Shown: piece by piece, positions 35,867-45,575 of the stretch | Layout: the number at the start of each line of letters is the position of its first letter | Position numbering within the stretch: the first letter of the stretch is position 1 | IMG/VR virus record: IMGVR_UViG_3300042197_003333 | Span: 16,246 to 80,245 of that record | Origin: a virus | DNA length: 64,000 bases | Strand: one strand, 5' to 3' | Translations under genes and position numbers: made by a program | Notes under the pieces: model-generated | Told to the model about the DNA's origin: nothing | Database searches by the model: none | The model's input: only the letters and a program-made list of their open reading frames with translations

Positions 35867-37114
35867 ATGAGCAAACTTAAACCAATTGGTAGTGAAAAAT
35901 TAAAAGGTCAAGAACAAATTAAAAGAATTCTTGAAATTGCTAAATACAAGGAACATCTTCCTAATTCTATAAATGAATCTGCAAGAACAGATTATAATAC
36001 CAAACTTGTTGATGGTAACGTTTATTTTATCGTCAAAGAAAAGATGGGTTACACAATTAAAAAAGGGTTAAATGAGTCAACAGCTGATTATATTGAACCT
36101 ATGAAAAATAGAAAATATTTTGATTCATATGCTGACGCAATGAAAAAACTTAACTTGGTTGCTCAAGAATTAAATAGAGTTAATCATATTAATGAAGGTA
36201 TTTCTTTATTTACTGAAGATAAAAAGTATTTCCTTAAAACACCAAAACCTGAAACAACAGATGAGGCGGCGCCTGAAATGGCTCCACCTCCTCCACCACC
36301 TGCTCCTTCACCTGAAGAAATGCCAGCTCCACCTGCTGAAGATGAAATGCCGTCTGAAGGTCCTGACGCTCCTGAAGGAGATATGTCACCTGAAGACTCA
36401 ATGCCTGATGAACCAACTGACGAAATGCCGGATGAAGGTCCTGAGGAAGCTGATGATGAGGTTCCAACATATAAGTCAATTCAAAAATTGACTGGCAAAC
36501 TCGCTCAAAAAATTAGAGATTTTAAAGGTGGTGACGAAGAAATGACATCAAAAGACGCAAAATATGTAATTAATTCAATTTTATCTTCAATCACAGATTT
36601 ACTTGATGACGAAGATAAAGAAGACATCATAACAAAACTTGAAGATAGTGAAGGTGAAGAAGATATGAGCATGGGAATGGAAGATGAAGAAGAAATGCCA
36701 ACTGATGAAATGCCGGCCGAAGAAGGTGGAGAAGAAGAAATGCCATCAGAAGAACCAAAAGAAATGACAGAGGAAGAAATGAATGAAAAGTATGTTGAAA
36801 GAGCACTTCAAAGTATATTCAAAGAATCAACTGTAGATAAAGTTCTTTCACAATATTTTGTTATAAATGAAAATGAAAAGAAATTTACAGAAACAAAAAA
36901 ACAAAATAAAAAAACTTACTTGAAAAATAAGAAAAATTCAGACAAACAAAAAATCAGACAATTATCAGAAAGCTTAAAACAAAAAAATGTCGCAAGTGAA
37001 ATTATTAGCAGTTTTCCTGAAATGAAATTTGTTGGAAAAACAAATTTAGGTAATTTAGTTTTTGAACATAACAACAAACAACTTAAAGTATCGCCAAAAG
37101 GTGAGTTGTTATGA
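35867..37114 (+). CDS. Acidic/Pro-rich putative prohead core protein
   Basis: Low-complexity E/P tracts; head-module context. Confidence 0.7.
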   Translation: MSKLKPIGSEKLKGQEQIKRILEIAKYKEHLPNSINESARTDYNTKLVDGNVYFIVKEKMGYTIKKGLNESTADYIEPMKNRKYFDSYADAMKKLNLVAQELNRVNHINEGISLFTEDKKYFLKTPKPETTDEAAPEMAPPPPPPAPSPEEMPAPPAEDEMPSEGPDAPEGDMSPEDSMPDEPTDEMPDEGPEEADDEVPTYKSIQKLTGKLAQKIRDFKGGDEEMTSKDAKYVINSILSSITDLLDDEDKEDIITKLEDSEGEEDMSMGMEDEEEMPTDEMPAEEGGEEEMPSEEPKEMTEEEMNEKYVERALQSIFKESTVDKVLSQYFVINENEKKFTETKKQNKKTYLKNKKNSDKQKIRQLSESLKQKNVASEIISSFPEMKFVGKTNLGNLVFEHNNKQLKVSPKGELL

Positions 37115-37530
37115 GTTATTTGATTTTTGTAAACGGATTAGGACCAAACTATAAAGGGAACAAGATTTACGAATTTATTTTTTCAAATAGTTTGGAAGTG
37201 TGGGGAGACGATTGGGACAGCGAACCAGCGAATTCAAACCCAACACCACCTGAATCCGAATACATTAAAAAAGTGGGAGTTTTAAATAGAGAAGGAATTG
37301 ATATGGAACTTATACAAAACTCCGATTTTTTTTCTATGAAAGATGCGGTTGATAAAGTGGTTGCACTTGGATGGGAAAAAGATAAAGACCTTGATAATAG
37401 ACTTGTTTTTCATTTTGGAGACACAGAAGAAGAAGTAAAAAACAAACTATACGAAAAGGACATAATATTAGAATTTTATAAAGAATTTGAAAATGGACAG
37501 AAAAAAACAAAACTTGTTGGAAATGCGTAA
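37111..37530 (+). CDS. Hypothetical protein
   Basis: ATGA-coupled ORF. Confidence 0.7.
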   Translation: MSYLIFVNGLGPNYKGNKIYEFIFSNSLEVWGDDWDSEPANSNPTPPESEYIKKVGVLNREGIDMELIQNSDFFSMKDAVDKVVALGWEKDKDLDNRLVFHFGDTEEEVKNKLYEKDIILEFYKEFENGQKKTKLVGNA

Positions 37531-38323
37531 ATTGGGGTTTTCAACTCAAACAATTTCATTGCTTTCTGAATCACAAATTAAAATGATTTTGGAAAAAATT
37601 AAAAATAAGAAAAAAGAAGCGAAAGAAGCTCAAGTAACAACAACAACTACTAAAAAATATGGTAAAGATGAACCATTAAATATGACTCCGTCACAATTAG
37701 CCCAGGTTGAGCCTAAAAAAAATACAGACGGTTCAATTGAAATTACTACAACAAAAACAGAAACAACTGAAGGTAAAAAGAAAAAATACAATCCTTGGGC
37801 AGTTTGCACAGCGTCTGTAGGTAGAAAGAACAAAAAGAAATATGAAGATTGTGTAATGGGTGTTAAGAAAAAATTAAAAGAAGGAAAAAACCCATACGAA
37901 TATATTATTGAATCTAAAATTGAAGAGATTGTTGAAAACAACTTATCACCAAAATTAAGTAAGTCAGAAATTCTTAGTATCATTGCAGAAAAAAAGATGA
38001 TAAAAAAAGAAACTATGGAGGCGAATACAGAAACCGCACCAGTTAAAGCACCACCAAAAACAAATCCTGATACAAGACCATCACATCCAGGTAGAAAAGA
38101 CAAAGAACAACCAAATCCAAGACCAAGAGCGGGAACTGAAACGGCGCCTGTTAAAGCTCCGCCAAAACCTAATACAAAGCCCGATACAAGACCATCACAT
38201 CCAGGTAGAAAAGACAAAGAACAACCAAATCCAAGACCAAGAGCTTCAAGTTCGGAAATGGAATCCAAAAAAAGTGAAATAATAACAGCGATTTTTAATT
38301 TAATAGATAAAGAAAACAAATGA
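37493..38323 (+). CDS. Hypothetical protein with internal duplication
   Basis: NPWAVCTASVG; 62-nt exact repeat at 38069-38130 and 38183-38244. Confidence 0.75.
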   Translation: MDRKKQNLLEMRKLGFSTQTISLLSESQIKMILEKIKNKKKEAKEAQVTTTTTKKYGKDEPLNMTPSQLAQVEPKKNTDGSIEITTTKTETTEGKKKKYNPWAVCTASVGRKNKKKYEDCVMGVKKKLKEGKNPYEYIIESKIEEIVENNLSPKLSKSEILSIIAEKKMIKKETMEANTETAPVKAPPKTNPDTRPSHPGRKDKEQPNPRPRAGTETAPVKAPPKPNTKPDTRPSHPGRKDKEQPNPRPRASSSEMESKKSEIITAIFNLIDKENK

Positions 38324-39597
38324 AAAAAATAAGATTAACCGAAGCTGATTTAACGAGAGTTATTAAAAGGATTGTAAAAGAAGCTCCAATTGATTATGGA
38401 GATTATCCTGAAAGAATGGACCCAAGACTTGAAAGAAAGTTTGGAGACCCTGAAGGTATGTTTGCAAAAAATCCTGCATTTAGAAAAGGAGCTGCTGATA
38501 TAGAAAGATTGGCTGGTGGAAGATTTAAAGAAATTGTAAATAGAGTTAGAAGTGCATTTAATCAACCTAATGTAAGTTCTAATCAAGTTAGACAACAAAT
38601 TATGCAACAAATGATGATGACAACTGGTCAAATTATGAGCATTGAAAGTCAACATAACGATGAGTTAAAAGATTTAGCCTTAGAACTTGCTCTTGAAGAG
38701 ACAGGAACTGACAGAGATTGGTATGAATTTGATTTGACACTTGGTCAAGCGGACTCAGGAATGGGAGAGTTTAGAATGAAACCTGAAGAAAAACCAAAAT
38801 TTGAAACACCTCAATCTTTTGATATTGACGATGAAACTGATGAAGAACAATTTCAATCTGAAGTTGATAAACGAAATATAATTAATCTTATTATACAAGG
38901 TGAGGCAAAAAAAGGACACTATTCTTTTATGAAACCATCTTATATGCAAAGATTGGCACAAATTGATTCAGAATTACCAAATTTGTATAGACAAGTAATG
39001 GCGGCAAATGACCTACTTTATTTTACTATGGAACAAATGATTGAAATGATGAGCGAAACAGGTAGTGGAGTTGCAGGAAAAATGGAACTACAAGATGCCG
39101 ATGACGATGATGATGAAGGAGGTGAAGGTGAAGGTCCTGATACAAAAATTGTTGCAGCAGGTATTATATTTCCAATTCTTCTTCACGAAATTATTAAGGG
39201 GCTTGAGGAAGCTCCGGCAAGACAACAATTTTCACAAATGGACCCAGAAAGAGCATCAAAAATTATGGGTCAAACTGATGTATTGGCGTATGAGCCAATG
39301 CAATTAAGATTGGGGCCTCCTGTTGTTGAACTTATTAAATTTTCATTACCTGATGAAATGTTTGACCCTGAAAATTCGGGACTTAATCCTTGGTTCAAAA
39401 AGGAACTTTATAAAATTCCAGCAAAAGAATTTCTTGATTTGATTGGAGACGCAATGTCAGAAAACAAAACAGAAAAAGATAGAGCCAAAAAAAGATTTAC
39501 TGAAGTAATGAGAGCGGCGCAAGCGGCAAAAAGAGAGTATGACGAATATAATTCAGGAAAAGACCAAGAAGACCTTGACGACTTTTTAGCGAGTTTA
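38320..39597 (+). CDS. Hypothetical protein with IRLTEADL leader and HEIIKG motif
   Basis: Leader; FPILLHEIIKG. Confidence 0.75.
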
Positions 39598-39673
39598 TAA
39601 AATATAAAAATAACTTTTTTGTAAACCCCCTCCACCAAAAGGGGGTTTTTTCATATTTATTAAAAAAAGTTTA

Positions 39674-41425
39674 ATGTCCTTAACAAAAGAACAAATCTTA
39701 TTGGAATATGCAAAGTGTATGAAAAGCACTCCATATGCCCTAAAAACATATTTGCAGACATATGATAATACAGTATCAAAATATGTCCCGTTGGAATTAT
39801 TTCCCGACCAACTTGGACTTTTGGAGGACTATGAAAAATATAATGAAAATATTGCATTAAAATATCGTCAGGCGGGAGTATCAACCGTAACCGCGGCATG
39901 GGCATCAAAAAAACTCGCATTTGCATCAAAAAATAAACCTGAAAAAATATTGATTATTGCAAACAAACTTGACACCGCAGTTGAGATGGCAAATAAAATA
40001 AGAGGGTTTACAGAACAATGGCCAAAATGGACTGGCATTGATTTTTCAGCGGAAAAAAACTCACAAAGACATTTTAAACTTAATAATGGATGTGAAGTTA
40101 AAGCGGTTGCAACATCAAAAGACGCATTGAGGGGATATACTCCGACAATATTGGTATTTGACGAAGCGGCATATATTGAAGCCGACTCAGACTTTTGGGC
40201 GGCTTGTATGGCGTCATTATCAACAGGAGGTAAAGTTATTGTAATATCAACTCCAAATGGTTTTGATGCAATATATTATGAAATATACGACCAAGCATTA
40301 AGAAATATGAATGAGTTTAAAATTTCAGAAATGGTTTGGTTTAAAGACCCAAGATACACAAAAGATTTATCATTAATTAATGTTAATGATATAATTCATT
40401 ATTATTTAAATAGAGAAGAATATCCATCAATTCAATCTGTAGATTATTCATCAATTCCATTTAAAGAAAGAAATTTTGAAGATATAAAAGTATTAATGAC
40501 TCAAGGATATAAACCAACTTCTTCTTGGTATGAGTCAATGGTTAAAAAATTAAAATACGATAGAAGAAAAGTTAATCAGGAATTGGAATGCAAATTTCTT
40601 GGTTCGGGGGATAATGTATTTGACGCCGAAATGCTTCAGAATTTTAGAGAAAATATGATTAAAGAACCCCAAAATAAAATGATGGGAGGGTCAATATGGA
40701 TTTGGAAAGAGCCAATTATTGGTCATAAATACATAATGGGAGTTGACGTTAGTCGTGGAGACAGCGAAGATTTTTCTTGCATTCAAATTATTGATTTTGA
40801 TACAAGAGAACAAGTGTTGGAATATGTTGGAAAAATGCCACCTGACACATTGGCTGAAGTATGTTATAAATGGGGGAGCATGTATTCGGCATTTATTGTG
40901 GTTGATATAACAGGAGGAATGGGTGTTACAACCTCAAGAAAATTGCAAGAATTGGGATATAAAGATTTATATGTTGATGGTGTTGACCACTTTAATAAAT
41001 GGAAATATGACCCAAAGACAAGTGAAAAAATACCTGGAATGAACTTTAATGCAAAAAGAGTTCAAATTATTGCGTCTTTTGAGGAAGCGTTAAGACATGG
41101 GTTTAAGATTTATTCATCAAGATTGTTAAATGAAATGGGGACTTTTATTTATGTAAATGGAAGACCTGACCACCAAAAAGGACATCACGATGATTTAATT
41201 ATGTCTTTATCTATGTGTACATATGTGTGTGAATCATCTTTTTCATCGGTTTCAAAAGTCACCCAACACACAAAGGCAATGCTTGAATCTTGGCAAGTTT
41301 CAACAAATACGGTTAAAACTTCAAATTATTTTAATCCTGTTATAATAAATAATGAACAACCTAATAATCAGCCTACAAAAAATGATTATATGAACTATAA
41401 TTGGCTATTCGGAGGACGTAGATAA
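39674..41425 (+). CDS. Terminase large subunit (T4 gp17-like)
   Basis: KYRQAGVST, VFDEAAY, ISTPNG, QELECKF, GVDVSRG, HDDL. Confidence 0.95.
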   Translation: MSLTKEQILLEYAKCMKSTPYALKTYLQTYDNTVSKYVPLELFPDQLGLLEDYEKYNENIALKYRQAGVSTVTAAWASKKLAFASKNKPEKILIIANKLDTAVEMANKIRGFTEQWPKWTGIDFSAEKNSQRHFKLNNGCEVKAVATSKDALRGYTPTILVFDEAAYIEADSDFWAACMASLSTGGKVIVISTPNGFDAIYYEIYDQALRNMNEFKISEMVWFKDPRYTKDLSLINVNDIIHYYLNREEYPSIQSVDYSSIPFKERNFEDIKVLMTQGYKPTSSWYESMVKKLKYDRRKVNQELECKFLGSGDNVFDAEMLQNFRENMIKEPQNKMMGGSIWIWKEPIIGHKYIMGVDVSRGDSEDFSCIQIIDFDTREQVLEYVGKMPPDTLAEVCYKWGSMYSAFIVVDITGGMGVTTSRKLQELGYKDLYVDGVDHFNKWKYDPKTSEKIPGMNFNAKRVQIIASFEEALRHGFKIYSSRLLNEMGTFIYVNGRPDHQKGHHDDLIMSLSMCTYVCESSFSSVSKVTQHTKAMLESWQVSTNTVKTSNYFNPVIINNEQPNNQPTKNDYMNYNWLFGGRR

Positions 41426-44400
41426 TGGGTAATAGACAAAGAGGTAAATCAGGTAGAATTTTTGATGGCTCAAAATTGGTTGTAAATAATAACTGAATTA
41501 AAAACGTTAAAAAAGAATCAAAAGTCATTAAAAATTTGGACATTGGGGTTGGTTTTATTGAAACTCCTCCCCCAACCCCATCAATTACACCGACTAACAC
41601 CCCGACAATATCATTAACACCATCAAACACCCCTACTCCGTCAATTACGCCATCAAATACTCCTACCCCATCAATTACGCCTACAAACACTCCAACTAAT
41701 AGCGTTACGCCAACTAATACTCCAACAAATACACAGACCCCAACTAATACTAAAACACCAACACAAACAAGAACTCAAACACCAACAAATACACAGACCC
41801 CAACTAATACTAAAACACCAACACAAACAAGAACTCAAACACCAACAAATACACAGACCCCATCAATTACGCCGACTAGTACTAAAACACCAACACCTAC
41901 AAAGACCCAAACACCCACTAATACCGTAACTCCTTCGGAAACACCGACCAATACTCCAACAAGGACATTAACAAAAACTCCAACACAGACCCCGTCAATT
42001 ACCCCAACTAATACTCAAACTCCAACAAATACTAAAACTCCAACTCCAACAAGAACTGAAACTCCGACTAATACCCCAACAAACACACAAACTCCAACAA
42101 ATACTAAAACTCCAACGAATACTAAAACTCCAACCCCGACAAATACAACCACGCCATCAGAAACTCCAACTAACACTCCAACAAGAACATCCACAAAAAC
42201 ACCAACGCAGACTCCATCAATTACACCAACAAATACAACAACACCATCAGAAACTCCAACTAATACTCCAACAAGAACATCCACAAAAACCCCAACCCCT
42301 ACTTCAACTATAACTCCAACAAATACTAAAACTCCAACGAATACTAAAACTCCAACACAAACAAATACAAACACCCCATCAGAAACCCCAACCAATACCC
42401 CAACAAGAACATTAACAAAAACTCCAACAAATACCCCAACACAATCACCGCAATTTTCTCAATCACCGACTCAAACTCCAACAAAAACTCCAACTAATAC
42501 TGCCACAAATACCCCGACTAGTACCGTTACTCCAAGTAACACCACCACAAATACCCCAACTAATACTGCAACAAAAACCCCTACCACAACATCAACTCCT
42601 GCGGCTAGTGCTTCACCAACTTCAACTCAAACTCCAACAAATACCCCAACATCGTCTGTAACTCCAACAAATACAAAAACTCCTACTAATACACAAACTC
42701 CTACTAACACACAAACTCCAACTAGAACTTCAACTCCTACTAATACACAAACTCCTACTCAAACATCTACTAATACTCAAACTCCTACTAATACACAAAC
42801 TCCAACTAAAACTTCAACTCCAAGTCCAACTCAACCATCGTGTTTTTGTTATCAATTCCAAATTACTACTAATGGTACAACTGTTCAATCAACAAATTGT
42901 AATGGTAATATAACTCGGAGCGCATATTCAATTGGTTATTACTCAATTTGTTCTAGAGTTACACCGACATTTATTGGTGGTTCGTATTCAAATTTAATTC
43001 AAGCTGCAAGTTGTTTAAATGGAGGTGACGCCGCTTGTATCGCAGTGAGCCAATCACCGACTCCGACTCCGACAATTACCCCAACTAAAACACTTACCCC
43101 TACTCAAACTCCTACTAATACTCAAACTCCTACTAACACAATTACCCCTACCAACACCCAAACTCCAACAAATACTCAAACACCTACTAATACTCAAACT
43201 CCAACTCCTACTTCAACTCCTTTGGCAAGTCCTTCCCCAACCTCAACAGTTACTCCAACTAATAGTGTTACCCCAACTAATACTCCAACTAATACTCAAA
43301 CTCCAACACCAAGTATTACACCGACTAATACTCAAACTCCAACTAATACTCAAACCTCAACAAACACACCAACTAATACTGTAACACCAACAAACACGCC
43401 TACTAATACTCAAACCCCAACAAATACACAAACCCCAACAATTACGCCGACTAATACTATAACTCCAAGTATTACTCCTACTAATACTCAAACCCCAACA
43501 ATTACACCAACAGTAAGTCCAAGTAGTCCAGTCTTATTAGAATTTTTAAGTTTTCCGGCGTCAAGTGGGATTTCATTTTCATTTGGTAACTCAACACAGG
43601 TCAGACAAACAACTGTTGAACTAACAGACACTAATTCTGCCAGTACTATTTATAATTTTAATAATACAGGCGATACGACATTTGTGTCGTTAGGTAGTTC
43701 GGTGGCTAATTTTACCTATACACCCACTACCTCAAATGGAGAGCTATTACTCTTTAAAAATCCTGTAGGATTTATACATTCTTTTAAAACAAGTAGTGTT
43801 AGTACGTCTTTATTTATACAAGGTTTTTCGGCTATAACAAAAAATCAAAATTACGCACTTAAACAGAGTTATTTTGGAAAAACCCTTCTTACTATAAGTG
43901 GCTTCTCAGGCTCATTAAATTTACTTGATTATAATGGTTTTGAAGGCGCAAGGCTTTACATTTTTAATTATATTGCAACAGGAACAAATGCAAGTAATGC
44001 TGAATTATTAGATAATTCTTGGTTACCCAAAAATTATACGGCAAGTACTACCGCTCAACAATTTTATTTTAACGTTAGCGCGACTACAAGAGCCAGTGTA
44101 AATTTTAATTTGACTGGAATGACAAATTTATCGTATCTAGTAAATGACGATGTTAACCACGAAATAAATGGGGTAACTTCAATAACATTGGCGTTACCTC
44201 AAAATTTTGGTAGAACTACTACTTTTGGCCCGGTAAGTGCTGTTGACCCTGCAGCTGGAATTTTTATACGAACAACTAGTTCTAGTCCTAACCCTTTAAC
44301 CGCCGTCACAATAACAAACGGGCCGTCAGTTGTGTCCAATTTTAGTAAATTTCAATTAAGACTTATACCTAGTTTGGTTTCTCTAACAACAAGTTACCAA

Positions 44401-45516
44401 AGAAATTTGGCAATATATTCTTTGGAAAGAATGTCATCTTTAACTGCAGTAACCGACGATTTTAGTGTATATACTGGTTTAACTTATTTTAACATTACTA
44501 CTTGTCCTAATTTAAGTAATTTCACTGCGAATACTTTATCTGGATTATCTAATTTTCAACACTATTTGTTAAACGATTGTAAACAATTTAATTGGCCTAT
44601 ACTTCCCACTTTTAATCAAAACCCTTACAAATTACAATTAACAAATTGTCTTCTTACTTCACCTCCCCCATCATCGCCATTTTATTTTAAAACAAATCTT
44701 AAAGACATATATTTAGGAAATTTTGTTAGTACAAGCACAAATGAAATTGCTATACATTCAAATAAAAATGTAATTAATTTATGGGATTATAATCTTACGA
44801 GTTTGACAGGTTTGACTACGTTTAGTCTAAATCATTGTGAATTGACAGGAATTACAAATTCAAATATATTCCCGACACAAGTTAAGACCATTAATTTTAT
44901 ATCTAATCGTTTAAGTGGTTTATCTTTTTCACATTTTAGTTCGGTAACTGGATTCTCAATGAATATTTCAAATGGTAGTAGTGCAAATGATAGGAACACC
45001 ATTTCAGCGTTCACTGATTGTAATTCTGCGTCGGGACTAACAGCATTAACTTATACTAATGGTACTTTCCAACCAACTGGAGGATTTCAGCCATTTTTTC
45101 CTACGGGATTAACTTCATTAAATATTAGTAGTAGAGTAAATGGTAGAAATGCTACTCCATATGTAAATATTGTATTTTCATCAAACACTGTATATTCAGG
45201 ATTTAATAACTCTTTAAAAACTTTAAATATCAGTAATTTTTCTTTATCTGCCGCTAGTATGAATTACATAATTTGTTGGCTCGCAACGGCTCAAACGTAT
45301 AGCACATCAGTTACTGGAGGCACATTAAATGGGGGTAATGAATTTATATCATCAACTACTAATCCTACTGGTAACGCCAAAATAGACACAACTTCAGGTG
45401 GATTAAATGGAATTGTCTGTAGAGATATTTTAACAGGTACTGTAGGTAATACAATAACAGTTAACACTATTCCTTACCCAGGTAAAGGTTGGACTGTAAC
45501 AGGTACTTTTGCTTAA
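41425..45516 (+). CDS. Thr/Pro-repeat virion protein with C-terminal LRR-like region (in-frame TGA at 41494; track start is TTG 41536)
   Basis: About 650 aa of TPT/TPS repeats; ATG at 41425 is in the same frame and overlaps the terminase stop. Confidence 0.75.
41563..43530 (+). repeat. Coding Thr/Pro tandem repeats
   Basis: Imperfect ACN-CCN-ACN repeats, including an exact 60-nt duplication near 41722-41861. Confidence 0.9.
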
Positions 45517-45575
45517 CAAATAACAATTATTATTTTCAAACTATTTATAACTTAAACATTAGTTATTAAGATTTA

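Noticed and set aside
39623-39651. tRNA-like 3' end CCCCCTCCACCA or att site
   Set aside because: No cloverleaf upstream; it is the stem-loop of a terminator (AAACCCCCT/AGGGGGTTT).
41563-43530. CRISPR array
   Set aside because: The repeats are degenerate, codon-phased and lack unique spacers; no cas genes are present.
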